This document shows, piece after piece, positions 51,455 through 64,000 of a stretch of DNA of 64,000 bases. The position numbers and the translations under genes are program-made. The first letter of the stretch is position 1, and each line of letters begins with the position of its first letter. Source of the DNA: Phoronis australis (taxonomy: Eukaryota; Animalia; Phoronida); NCBI GenBank assembly GCA_002633005.1, contig NMRA01000430.1, forward strand, positions 99,420 to 163,419, read 5' to 3'. The notes under the pieces were generated by a model. The model ran no database searches and was not told the origin of the DNA. It saw nothing but the letters and a program-made list of their open reading frames with translations.

Positions 51455-54400
51455 ATGGAAGCTCCATCTGTGAAGCACACCCAGGTTTGTACATGCCGTT
51501 TGGAATATAATTAACTATGAGACGTAGAATTTTCCCAGCTTTTTCGTGTACGTCATTAGTGTTTGGTTGGATAGCGCCGTCTTGAAACATCAAATGCATC
51601 GAACTGCAGTTCCAGTAAACGTCTTAGGTCCATTCAGTATTTCTAGTGTCGAACGAAAATGAGATTACGAAAACGGAGCCGTGTCAGACATGAGAAACGC
51701 TTGTGTGTTCCCGAAATAAGATGATCGGACAACATGCGTTACTGCATTCGCAACCCCGACATTTTCTTCCGTCCTAGAGGCAGCGTTGTTGTGCGGGAAT
51801 TTGGAATCCTGCTTAATCTCAAGATCGCGTATGCGTAGAACTTAGAATTGAATAGTTTAATGATGAAATCAGGTGAAATTTTTTGTTCAGTGTAAAGATT
51901 TTTTGTTATTATTGGCCTCGCGATCACCCATTTCCTCCTTTACCGTAACTTGTGTCGCAGAACCTGAGGAATTTGTCAGTGAATGACTAAATCAATTATT
52001 GTTTGGTGAAATACTTCGCCAGGAGTTGAAATTAAAGGTTGGTTAAAATTGACATTATTTTATTCAAATGTATAGTACAGTGAAAATTTTCATGAATGTG
52101 AACCAGGGGCGGATCCAGGTTTTTGAGTTAGGGGGAGCCAGTTCAGACATTCGCACCCAGCCCGAGCTTCCAAAAATCGGGAATGTGGGAGAATTTTAGG
52201 GGGGCATGGCCCCCTTGCCCCCTTCCCCCCTAAATCCGCCTCTGCTTAAGTAAACTTTATGAAACTGGGCCAATTAATGGGCTTTTTTGCACACTTGCCG
52301 GAGTCAAAGAAATGAGTGTCACGTGACCATCCGAATTACCAAATTTAATATGGGAGAATTTTTAGGAGGTCCATGGCCCCCATGCCCCCCTCTAAATCCG
52401 CCACTGCGAGCGTGATTATTTGAGTGACGTACTTGTCAAGTTGCCTCGTGTATTCCACTAGTTCACGCATACGCGATGATTTAAGCTGGATTCCATGTTC
52501 ATGCACAGCAGCGTAACTCTCCTAAACTACTTGGTTCATTTTCCGTTTAGTGTATTGTTACGGGTCCAAATTCTCGCATCTATTTAACGTACTGTACGCA
52601 GTAGAGTTGTATTAAAGTAAACTGGCGCATTTGTACGGAAATGGTAATTATGTTCAGTCAAAATTAGCGCCAATCAATTGAATTAGTACCGATACGTCCG
52701 TTTTAATTTTGAGGTCTCGGTAGAATAAAAAACATGTCGATTCTTCTTCTTTACTTGTGTTTTATTAGCCATCAACGTTCACGCTGGCCAGAAAAAATGA
52801 TTGATCGCATTCACGATATGCAACAAATAACACTGTAGATGGGGAGTGCATAACCTGGCCCCTCCAAAGAAATACTCAAACCGCCACAAATCGTTTCCAA
52901 ACTGTATCTATGTATTTCCACTGCTGTGTACCAAAGATAATAATATAGTGTACATCTTGTTGGCATTCTATCGCCTTACTTGTTTGGCGTTCTTGTTACT
53001 TGTTTATGGCTTGACCTGCGACTGAAACACGACATTGTGTCTGGGTTTCTGATAATGTGTCCTAGGTTTAATAATCCTGCAGTTTCACACTCATGCTGTT
53101 GTGTCATTTCCTCCCTTTGAGCAATGCTGTTATCTTTTAAATGAACTTTGAGAATGTCAACAGGAGAAAGCTGGTCAGACATGAAGTTCATTTGCCTTAT
53201 GTACTTCTTGACTGAACATGTAGACTTTCTGTGCATGTTATCAGGATAACTCGAAAAAGTCAATTATGATATCTTATTTCCATGTGGTCCATTAAGAATA
53301 ATACAATACAGGTGATAAATAACAGGCAATATAATGTTTATGCATCTTTGAACTGATAGAATTTTATTTCCGTTACAACCCAGAATATCGAAACCATCGG
53401 CGTTTATTGGAGTTGACAAACCCTAAAACGGGCGCATGTACGCATTGCTTGTGACGTGAGTTGCCGGCGGATTTGGTAGCAAATCTAGATTGGTTGATAA
53501 TGAAACGTTTTAACGTTAAAAATGCTCAAATTTTACTATCAATGAATAGCTTTTTGATACTGTACGTCGGTTTTCATTTCGTTATTCCATACGATATCAA
53601 CATCGGGAACTGGAGTATGTGAGGTCTCGAAAATATATTTCCTAGGTGTTCGGGATAATGCGCAGATAGCGTTTACCTCCAAGGAGTATTCCGGATGCGT
53701 CATAACGCTACAAAAGTACCCCGTGGAGTTGCGTCAGTGTGGCAAAACTGCAGTGACAGATATTGCAAAATCTCGCACACCAGGCCTGAAAGGGGAAATA
53801 ATTTATTTCGTGGACATTTAAAAAGAAACGTTCCTGAATATATATCGCAGCGGTTTAGGGTCAAATGTACGAAAATTGTTAAATGTGTGATAAAAGTATG
53901 CAATTTGACGAACATAATATATGCAACAAATCTCTGTCATGGGATTCCAGTTTTGAGCACTAAAAATTACGATTTCAGTTGAAGTTCAACTGTTTGCGGT
54001 TATTTTTATCAAACTCCGCTAAACCAATTTTCAAACAATTTTCAAGCATTTAGTGTGTTGAAAATGAATACCAAATGGATGTAAGTTATTTTCAGATCTT
54101 CATCAATAACGAATGGGTGAATTCAACAAGTGGTAAAACCTTCGCTGACATCAACCCGTCTACTGAAGAGGAGATATGTCGGGTACAAGAAGGCGACAAA
54201 GTACGAGCAGATAAGTCGAAGTGTTTACTGTTATGATACCATTTATGTGTGGCAAAAGTCATTGATTAGTGGCCGTATATAGCTTACGTTTCACCTGTTA
54301 TCTCAGAAGTGACACATAAAAACCTCGTGTTTACGCTAGCCTCCAGACGTTATGTTATCGGCAGCTAGAGTTTTTGCCACCGCCATGAGTCGATTTTTAT

Positions 54401-57400
54401 GCGCCCACATATTTATATGTGGACACATAGCCATATGACGCCAGTAATGGTCACTGACCTGTTACGTTTGGTCATTTGTTAACAAGCGCACCAGGTGTGG
54501 TAGCATAGAAGGCATCTCGACACATACCGTGTTTATTTCCAACTTCAGTAAAAACTTACCCAAAATAGCGGTAGACCCACAGTTTAAATACTGAAGCTGA
54601 TGACCGACTCAAGATGAATCTCCTGTAGATTTACCTAACGTGTTAGAGACGCTGAGGTTGGCTAGTGGTGAAATATACCAAATAGACACAGAAATTTAGG
54701 TGGGAATCGAACCACAGTTTTCTAGATTGTCAGTCCAGTGCTCTTACTACTGAAGACCCGATATCTGCGGAATTAATGTTTGCAACCAACTGTTGTGTCA
54801 TCCATCCCACGAGCGGCATTTTGCCTTTTTTACACGAGAGTTGGACCATTGTGTAATCAGCATTTTGCCAGTTTGTGCACTAGACCGGCAATCTAGAGAC
54901 GAGTGGTGCGTTTCCCAGTTGGGGTTCCTGATTTTTCTGTTTTTAATTGATGCGTTAAAGAATAGTCTGGGTGCACGCACCCATGCTGACCAATACAACT
55001 GCTTCCAGGCGGACGTTAACAAAGCTGTGGCGGCGGCAAGAAGTGCCTTCAAGCGCGGCTCCCCGTGGCGAAAAATGACGGCGTCAGCCCGTGGACAGCT
55101 TCTGAACAAGATGGCTGATATAGCCCAGCGTGACGCTGATTATTTGGCGGTAAGTTTCTCAGGTCTGAAGGCTTCAGAAGATGCTGGAGCTACATTATAA
55201 TAGTTTTACATAAGCTTAGCGGGTTTTATGTTGGTGTCGCTGCCGCGTATTTTACAGTTTGGTTTATTTGTGTATTGTGAGTCTAATATATGTGCAACTA
55301 GTCATAAAATCGATTTGTGATTTTTTGTTATTCTAACAGAGTCTTACCGCTTTGGAAATGGGTAAACCTGTTGAAGTAGCCAAAGGAGAAGTTCAATTCG
55401 GCATCAACATTCTACGTTATTACGCTGGATGGGCTGATAAGATACAAGGACTGNCGGCTATTGAGGAGACAATGACCATGCCTTTCCATTTTGCAAAGTA
55501 TGCCCTCTACTGGCCACTTTATGGTACCAATAAACAACCCTAGAAGGATACCGTATGCGGTGCAATTGTGGGCGCATTTCAACGCTCCGCGTTGCTCTTG
55601 TTCTGTTTTTAATTGATGTGTTAGAGAATAGTCTGGGTGCACCCATGCTGACCAATACAACTGCTTCCAGGCGGACGTTAACAAAGCTGTGGCGGCGGCA
55701 AGAAGTGCCTTCAAGCGTGGCTCACCGTGGCGAAAAATGGCGGCGTCAGCCCGTGGACAGCTTCTGAACAAGATGGCTGATATAGCCCAGCGTGACGCTG
55801 ATTATTTGGCGGTAAGTTTCTCAGGTCTGAAGGCTTCAGAAGATGCTGGAGCTACATTATAATAGTTTTACATAAGCTTAGCGGGTTTTATGTTGGTGTC
55901 GCTGCCGCGTATTTTACAGTTTGGTTTATTTGTGTATTGTGAGTCTAATATATGTGCAACTAGTCATAAAATCGATTTGTGATTTTTTGTTATTCTAACA
56001 GAGTCTTACCGCTTTGGAAATGGGTAAACCTGTTGAAGTAGCCAAAGGAGAAGTTCAATTCGGCATCAACATTCTACGTTATTACGCTGGATGGGCTGAT
56101 AAGATACAAGGACTGACGCTGCCAGCTGGTAATTATTTCTTACATCGTTGTCAAGAGGCTGCGGAACTGAGAGCCTGGCAATCTTAATGTGACTGTTTCC
56201 CGATTTTGACGTAGACTGTTTTACTGGATCTGAAACGAGATAAGAAAATGGTGAATTTCTTAGTTCAATTAAAACCCAGATGAATAATGCACATTGACTA
56301 TGTCTTTTTATAACCGCCAGGTGTCTTGCAAGCCCAGCTTAAAATTAACAATAACAATAACAGTAACATTAACTTACAACACTTAGGAATATTTTACAGA
56401 AGGTGACACACTGTGCTACCAAAGGCGGGAACCAATCGGTGTGTGCGGCGGTATAACTCCGGTGAGTGTGTGTGTGTGTGAGTGAGCAACAAATTACGTA
56501 TTTCTGTTGTTTGAATGTTTTCTGTTTCTATTAGTCACCGGGTGGTTGTATTGTGGGTGTTTTGCATCCTTGTGTTGAATTATCTCAATGATCATGGGAG
56601 TTACATTTGATGAAGACACCCTTTTCATGACACTTGGTGACCTGATGTGAGTTTAATCTGTGTCTGCACAGTCACAGGTGTCATGTCTGTGACTGAAAGA
56701 CTCGCTCAAAGTCACGCACGTTTATTTGACGCTTATTTTTCAGTGGAACTTTCCTACTGCCATGATAGCTCTCAAGATAGCCCCCGCGTTGGCTTGTGGA
56801 AATACCATAGTGTTGAAACCCGCGGAACAGACTCCTCTCTGTGGTCTTATTTTTGGCGCTTATGCCATCGAGGTAATGCATTATTTGGGCTATACAATCT
56901 GTTGCCAATTAACTGTAATGGAACTGTGAAGGGGGAGTAAAATAGCAACTTCACTTGCGATGTTTGTGAGCCATAACACACCTAAGAGACATGTCAGGTT
57001 TACATGGCATAATGCACGTGTGGAAAACTAAGGTATTAACTCCCCACCTTCAAAACTTCAATTATTTCTTTTCTGAAAAACACAAATCTACAACAAAGCA
57101 AGGCTGTCCACTGAAGTACACAACAGTCACACCTGTGCTCAGTTGGCAGCGTGCATGGGTGTCCCGTTACAGTAATCACGCTGTGGTCAGTTAGGCCTGC
57201 ACAAAGGTTATCTTACTTGGAGAGGTAACGCGCGTACGCGGTTGGCATAATTAAAATCATATATTTTACCTTAATTTATACTTGCCGTTGGTCCGATACT
57301 TATGGCAGTGTTATCATAAAGTTTCATTGATATTATTTGCTCCTTTCAGGCCGGGTTCCCACCAGGCGTCATCAATATCGTCCCTGGCTATGGTCCAACT

Positions 57401-60400
57401 GCTGGGGCTGCGTTATCGGAGCACATGGACGTGGATAAAATCGGCTTCACTGGCTCCACCGAAGTGAGTCGAAATAGCATGCAACGTCTTTTTTCTGAAC
57501 AATGTTTGTTGAATTTTCAGCTAAGTGTCAAAATATTGCGGTAACCGGGAGTAAGGGAAAGAATTTGTTTAAGGAAATGTTTTAGACCAATTTCGTCATG
57601 GTAAGTGAACTAAATTGTGTTATTTCGTTTTTGCGTTTTGTGGTTCTATAGCCGCTTTATAAACGGTCGATTTATTTTGTTTCTCTCATTTACACATGGA
57701 CTGAAAATTTGATTAATGTCCGGGAGTTTCTACTTATGTATAGCACTCTGTACAGGAAACTTTCGCTAATCTGAACTGTTACACTGGTTTCGTTTACAGG
57801 TTTCAAGAATCATCCTGGAAGCATCCGGGAAGTCTAACTTAAAAAAAGTTAGTCTAGAATGTGGCGGCAAAAGCCCACTGGTTATATTTGACGACTGTGA
57901 CCGTAAGTTTTCAAACTTTCTGTTTCATCTCAATTCTCCAGTAAGTAAGCGAATAATCATTTTCACTTCAGCTTTAATATGGCAGACACGCAGCGATGGT
58001 ACTAGACATCGTATGTAACCTAATCCAATGCAAAAACTTCTGTCATTGCTATTGCTGTTTTGTACAGTTACCTTAGCGACGGAGATCGCCTTTGGCGCGG
58101 TCATGAGTAACTCCGGCCAGATATGCTGTGCTCCTACTCGAACATTCGTCCAGGAGGGTATTCACGATGAATTTGTCAGGATTTGTCGTGAAATGGCGAG
58201 CAAAAGACGTGTTGGCAACCCTTTGGATAAAGGAACGGAGCAGGGACCACAGGTATGGGATTATAATTCTTTTCTTGGTGTCCCCAACGAAAGGAAGCAA
58301 AACCAGTCTATGATGGGAGGCGTGCCTATAATGTTAGTTTTGTCTTCATGTTTTGAAACCAGTACCATCAATTGAAAGCAACCACCTTTTTCTTTACAGT
58401 AGAATGTCAAAACAAGAGAGCTCTTTATAGATCAACAGCTGCTCCTTGAATGATGCTTCATTTTGTAATACATTTCACACGAATCAGTCCATTATAAGTT
58501 CATATTCTATCTTTAGAATGCTATTTATATGTTTGAAGTTGCTTACTTGAAGTCAATTGTTTTTTTACCCTGCAGTCCATCTTCTGACCAGTGTCTGTAA
58601 GTCATGTTTCAGCTTGTTCCCCCTTCTGGTAAGGATTAAGGATCCATGGAAACATTACTTTGTTGACCATTTTATTCACAAGGGTTGTTGATTCTAATTT
58701 GCAGCAGATCTTTTATTTTTGAAATAATGCTATTCAGGTGGACGCTGACCAGTTTGAGAAAGTTTGCGAGCTCATCGCCAGTGGCAAACAACAGGGGGCG
58801 AAGCTGGAGTGTGGAGGTAGTCGTCATGGTGACAAGGGCTACTTTGTTCAGCCCACCATTTTCAGCAACGTCCGCGATGACATGCGCATTGCCAAAGAAG
58901 AGGTACAGTCTCACCATACATATTAGCTTTCATTCATTGGTTGTTTTTAGAATGTGTTGGAAACTAAGCGCCATCTAGTAGCTGAATTGCTACCTTTTAC
59001 TTAGATAGGTAAATACACACTTCAATGCTGTCCAAGGTCATTGATTGCTCTGTCAAGTGTCAAGAACACACTGGGTGTGATAATTTATAAAGGACGTCGT
59101 GGCGACATTAAAGCCGTCGGAATAGCCCCAAAAGCAGCATGCTGGCGCTGTTTGTTAATTTATGTCATACCTAGAAGGGGATGGGGGTCGAATCCTGGTT
59201 AGTGCATCGCATGATCTTACAACGCTCTGTAGTCTCGCACGATTGGTGACTGGAATGACATAGTGGCATACTGATTTTCTTTTTAAAACAAGAAGTATGT
59301 GAGATAAACAACTTTGCTAATTGTGTCACATTTCTTACTATTTGTTTATTTAGTTATCAAAACGAACTCTCGAAACTTGAAAATTGTTATTTATTTCTAG
59401 AAAGTCTTCCCAGACACACATTTTTCTTTATTTTACCCCGACTTTGTTGTGGCGTTTGTAGATTTTTGGGCCTTGCATGCAGATCTTCAAGTTCAAGACT
59501 ATTGATGAGGTCATAGACCGTGCCAACGACACCTCGTACGGGTTGGCCTCCGGAGTGATAACGTCTAACATCAATACGGCAATCATTATGTCTAACAATC
59601 TACAGGCAGGTTACGTGTGGTACGTATGTTCGCTCACATGTGTCAGTTAATTCGAAGACGTGATTACTGGTTTCATGATAGGAAGTGCTTTCAAAAAGCG
59701 CAAACACACACGCCACCGCAAGAAAAATGGTTTCCGGTAGATTTGAATCTTCCTCCCCAGAAATGAATAAAACGCTTCACCATCACATGACCGCTTAATA
59801 CTGCTTTAACATTAAAATGTTATATGTTAAGTTGGCTTAAAATGACTTAGATTATCATTTACTATGATATTCAACACTAGCGTGTTTATTGCTTTTTTGA
59901 GCAAACGTAATCGACTGTTTTTCAGGGTGAACACCTATGATGAAGTCAACTTGGGGGCACCTTTCGGCGGCTTTAAGATGTCTGGAATTGGTCGAGATTT
60001 GTAAGTTTTCGAACATTGTATTTTGTCGATTAATTTATTTTGTGATGTCGGACCCTTCTTGGATTAGCACAATGTGCAGGATTCCGTCCCATCTAGAGGA
60101 CGCAGCAGACTGTCATTATAAAAACTGGACCAGGTGTAAGAACTATTTTTTCATTTAAGTGAACTTTGTTGATAAAAGCACGTTTGGTGTTTGATAATTC
60201 TTTAGTGCTTAGTTACGTCAGAGTGCAATGTTTTGGGGAATTATACAACTGAAAAACAAATGAAATGTGTTACTTGCAATTTCCATGTTTTTTCTGAAGC
60301 CAATTGACTTTTGAGGTTGAAATGTTATAAGCACGTTTATGAATGAAGAAATAAGAATAAGCTAGTTTAGTATAAACTTATGTATGAAAGAATGAAGTGG

Positions 60401-60885
60401 AAAAGATGAAAAAGGTCTTCCACATGCAGTGAAATGGCGGAAATGATTGTCGCCTGCTACCCCTAGGGGACAACACAGTGTTTTAGTTATGTGATGAAAA
60501 TTAAAGTAACTGAAACAAAACTGAAGTTTATTTCTGGCTGCATGAAAATTGACATCATGCGCTGTGTACGATCATTAAAAAGTAAAAATTGCGTCTTCAA
60601 ACCATACCACTATGTTTGTCAGATTTTCTGCGGTTGAAATCGACAATTTTCTACTTTGTTGGTTTCATACATCAGTTTCCAAGTCCACATAACGGTCAAA
60701 TTGTCCAAGAACTGGGCACTGATGAATGTTATTGTCAAGTGCAATTTCTAGTAGCAGTGGCGACGGCAGTGCCGGCATGGTGAAAAGACGTTACACCCTG
60801 TGATTGTTTTCGTTTCAGTGGCGAAGACGGGTTACGAGAGTACCTGGAGGAAAAGTCGGTTGTGATCAAAGTGCCTCAGAAGTAA
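51455..60885 (+). CDS. ALDH1A: Cytosolic aldehyde dehydrogenase family 1 (ALDH1A/retinal dehydrogenase-like), 13 exons, about 486 aa
   Basis: Exons 51455-51484 ([10 protein letters not shown]), 54096-54200, 55671-55811 (dup 55009-55149), 56002-56128, 56400-56461, 56744-56872, 57350-57463, 57800-57902, 58068-58252, 58738-58902, 59462-59619, 59926-60000, 60819-60885. Motifs [31 protein letters not shown] (catalytic Cys), [15 protein letters not shown]. No mitochondrial leader. Exon sizes 127/62 and 75 follow the ALDH1A rather than the ALDH2 pattern. Confidence 0.93.
52104..52406. mobile_element. MITE with CAGKGGCGGAT termini (52104-52244) plus a second 3' end (about 52350-52406)
   Basis: CAGGGGCGGATC ... 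AATCCGCCTCTG and ...AATCCGCCACTG. The same family end occurs at about 45018-45042 and from 63589 onward. Confidence 0.7.
54698..54760 (-). mobile_element. Degenerate tRNA-like head (SINE or pseudo-tRNA) in ALDH intron 2
   Basis: Minus strand reads TCAGTAGTAAGAGCA-CTGGA CTGACAA TCTAG-..GTGGTTCGATTCCCAC. Anticodon-arm and T-arm-like pairing is present, but there is no clean acceptor stem. Confidence 0.5.
54935..56115 (+). repeat. Duplication of ALDH exon 3-intron-exon 4 (about 54935-55453 vs 55601-56115), single N at 55454
   Basis: Nearly identical copies including the intron; the first copy's exon 4 is truncated at the N. Confidence 0.85.
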
Positions 60886-61309
60886 AAAACCAAAGGCGAC
60901 ACGACATCTGTGTGACACATCGCTAATTGAACATTTGCGTTATCCAATGTAATTGAACTTCAGTACTAAATACACGAAACGTCATTATTAAAATACCAAG
61001 GACAGTGATTGAATACACGTTTGCAGTTGGTTTTTGAGCAGGGTGCTCAATGTACTGCCCCACGAACAGTGGATTATATCAGTGAATGTACGAGTATGTG
61101 TGCGTTTAGATGGGCTGGAATGGTACGAATTTCGTCATTACTTGCGATTTTAAGATTATGTTAAAGTTTCTGAATCCTTGTGTTTTACAACTTAAGATTG
61201 TTTATTAAATTGTTTAAAATAAATAATTTGGCAAGATTTTCTGAGTTTTCACAAAGTGTTGATTTTGCGACAAACACATCTATTTTTAATCAACAAGATT
61301 ATCATTGAC

Positions 61310-62010
61310 AAAAGGAGGCGTTAGTTGGTGGAGTGAAGGCCTGTGTGTCGAAGGACTTGCGTAGGGAGGTGCCGTCTTGGTATAAGATCAATAAATACTC
61401 CACGTTTACCATTTCTGACGGCGTTCTCAGCTGAGCCATCTGTATAGACTTGGGTCCAGGTAGAGGTGGGGTAGTCTCTATAAGGTTTCCATTTCTGTCT
61501 GCTTTAATTACTCCAATCCCAGGAATGTCGAGGACGATAGGAGGGGTGTACGATGACCATTCTTCAGTCAGTGGTTCGTTGATTGAGGGTTAGTTATTGG
61601 ATGGTGTTTCTGCTGAAGCCCCTTGATTAGGTGGTTTTAGGCTCTGCCTCTTGACGTGATTTTGGTTGGAGTTTGGAGTGCAATGGATGTGACAGAAACT
61701 TCTTCATTTTCTCGTCCTGTTTCATAAGTTTCTCAACCCGCCTTTCTTCCAATGCGTTTAAACCTGTCGTCTTCCCCATTGCCTTGTCGGGATGGTCTTC
61801 ACACCTCTAGTGATTAAGCGCAGCTCAGCATTCTGGACCTTGACTAGTTTGTTTGTGTTGGTTTTGGGAGCTGTAGACCATGCGTCTGAAGCCTACTCCA
61901 TCAGGGGTTTGACAGATCCTGTATAAACTTGATCAAAATCTCCATGTTTGCGCCCCTGCTGGTACCAGGCACTTTCTTCATTACAGCCATTGTCGTAGGA
62001 GCTTTGCATT
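61310..62010 (-). mobile_element. Decayed non-LTR retrotransposon (I-group) fragment: RT C-terminus plus RNase H start
   Basis: Minus translation gives QVYTGSVKPLME*ASDAWSTAPKTNTNKLVKVQNAELRLIT and WTQVYTDGSAENAVRNG, with stops and frameshifts. Confidence 0.85.
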
Positions 62011-62893
62011 TTAACCCGTGGTAGGTTGGGGTTGGGAATATTCTGGCGCTCTAGCTACGGGTAGTCTTATTTGTTGGACGAGAAGGAATAGCATGTGACT
62101 TCGGTTTTGATCAGGTTGATCACGACCATCCAGGCACTCCTTAGACCAACCGGAGATGAGGCTAGTTACTTCCTTACTTTTGAGCTGGCTGATGGAACTG
62201 TGGATTATATGTACAGATGGTTGTTGTTGCTGCTTCCTTAGCTCCATCTTTGTTCGGACTTCTGTTGTTATCTTTGTAGATACATACAGGAGGCTGAACT
62301 TCTTCTTCAGCGTTCCCGGCCATGTGGCTTATGTAACGGGAATCGGTGGAGCGAGCACCGATCTTCTTATCTAACATGTCGACTGTTCGTTGCCGATAAA
62401 AATATTAGCAGCGTTGTGTACTTTTTCACTCGTTCGAATCGCATACGAGAGAACTAAGAGAGAAGTAGATAAATATACTGAGTTTATTATGCGCTAAATA
62501 TAAAATACAAAGCTATACAAACTTACAACACATCATTAGTTTCCGTCGTCATTGTACCCTCACTAGGTGAAGAACGGTTCCCAAATCGCCTAAGTCAATA
62601 CCCAAAGTCAAATAAAGCTTAAGTAAGAACTAAAAATTTGAGAAGTTCAGACTCTAACCGGATAGTAACGAGACTCGATAGAGTTAAAAAGTTGAGATTC
62701 TTACCAGATAGAAACGAAACCCGGTAGAATCCGAAGTTTTATCGTGAGTGGCCCATTTTTATAGGCGTATTCGCACCGCGAATGTTCCAAATAACGTTAA
62801 GATAGCGGTCTCAAGTTAAATGTAAAAACCAATCAAAACACAACTAAAAATTTCGTCATCGGAAGTTCCAAATAAGGAATTGACCATCTTACA
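62011..62893 (-). mobile_element. Possible LTR (62893-62377) with adjacent degenerate internal sequence
   Basis: Minus strand starts TGTAAG, has TATAAAA (about 62763) then AATAAA (about 62488), ends ..GACA, and is followed by short ORF pieces. No TSD or clean PBS seen. Confidence 0.3.
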
Positions 62894-63588
62894 CCCCTTT
62901 AAAATGTAATATCCCACTCTAGCTTCTGGAACTAAACTGACGACTCGTTTTTACTTACGACTCCATCAATAGACGGCGCTCCCGTCATACTTATACGGCC
63001 AGTCTGGTCTTAGGGCAGTCTGCGGTTCGCCGCAATGATATTGTCGAGCCCACAGTTTTACTTTTGAGATCCACCGGAATGGGTCATGCCTGGACCCTTA
63101 GGGTATCGAATGTAGGGCAGCTCTGCAGTAAATGCTCAGGTGTCTGGGGGCCAGGGCCCAGTGGTGTAGTGGGGCGTGGGCGCACGTTGGCGCAGCCTAC
63201 CACCTTTTGGCATTTGAACGTAGCGCCTACGCATCTAGTTACTTTCAGTGCTCAAGGTATGACGGTGGGCTCTGGGCGCCTACTTACGTCTAATTTTACC
63301 TCTAGAGCACTGGCAGTGCCACAAGATAAGTGACTACCGTATTACTATTCTGTGCTCGAGTACACGTGGATGCCGACTGTCTTATAAACTCTGGCTTCCA
63401 TTTTAAGACCTCAGCCATCATAACGCGCACGCTATGATAATTGTGTAAGTTCGCGTCTGAACTTTCGTCTGAAAGCAAAGACTTATCGCGGTGGTAACTC
63501 CTTGACTGAACTGCTGCTCCGCGGAATTTTAAAACTCCCGTAAACTACGTGACGTCACTACTGTATGTGCGCTGGAGAGCGTTCACTA

Positions 63589-63630
63589 CAGTGGCGGATC
63601 TAGGATATCACAAGGGGGGGGTGCAACATT
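63589..63630 (+). mobile_element. 5' end of CAGTGGCGGATC MITE family
   Basis: CAGTGGCGGATCTAGG followed by a G-run, as at 52104. Confidence 0.55.
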
Positions 63631-64000
63631 TTGTCCGGCTGTAAGCATTTGCGCAAACTGAACCACGATTGTAGATGCGCATAGCACCTGCTTTTACCTC
63701 TAAAAATCAAGCATTTTCCTTGATTCCTGGAGTATTATCCAAGAAAAAGAGGAAAAAAAAAACACGGAGAACGTCGTGTCAAACAGGAAAACCTGAACGT
63801 ACCAAAGACTCGAAATCACAACCTGGCGGATAGAGAGCGCGTGCGTTACCACTACACCACCACGATTCAACTACTAATCTCATACTAAAAGACCAACTTG
63901 TTTATGATCCACAGCGTTTGCGCGCGAAACCTACTTCTTTTCGTAATGCTTATTACACGTTTTATATTTTGTGCCATGAATTCTTAAGAAATTTGTCGTA

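Noticed and set aside
52734-52840. Alternative ALDH first exon
   Set aside because: It hits a stop without a donor. 51455-51484 gives the expected KHTQ|IFINNEW junction.
54698-54760. Functional tRNA-Val(GAC) gene
   Set aside because: Acceptor stem and D arm do not pair, so I treated it as a SINE-like relic. The same applies to the tRNA-like stretch at about 63810-63863.
55455-55543. Alternative ALDH C-terminus [12 protein letters not shown]...
   Set aside because: Read-through across the single-N join into presumed intron.
60665-60725. Possible duplicate last ALDH exon ([10 protein letters not shown])
   Set aside because: Weak resemblance only; it lacks the GEDGLREY-type motif. The true last exon is 60819-60885.

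Overview
Animal (invertebrate, probably lophotrochozoan-type) genomic scaffold, not a prokaryotic window; most ORFs in the supplied track are intronic noise. I rebuilt four intron-containing genes by hand from splice sites and reading-frame phase. (1) 3' part of a muscleblind/MBNL gene (+, 540-15940; ZnF1 lies upstream of the window) that appears to encode three tandem CCCH pairs, i.e. six fingers. It has an NLS cassette exon behind a YGCY-packed AG-exclusion zone and a candidate exon with a non-canonical TG acceptor. (2) IFT80 (-, 17 coding exons, about 774 aa). (3) A CXorf58-like gene (+, 9 coding exons, about 397 aa) head-to-head with IFT80, with RFX X-box-like sites across the locus. (4) A 13-exon cytosolic ALDH1A-type aldehyde dehydrogenase (+, about 486 aa). 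The window also holds two apparent allelic mis-assembly duplications joined by single Ns, an 829-N gap, minisatellites, MITEs, tRNA-derived SINE-like heads, a decayed RNase H-bearing LINE and a possible LTR remnant. All calls come from reading the sequence; no database search was run.
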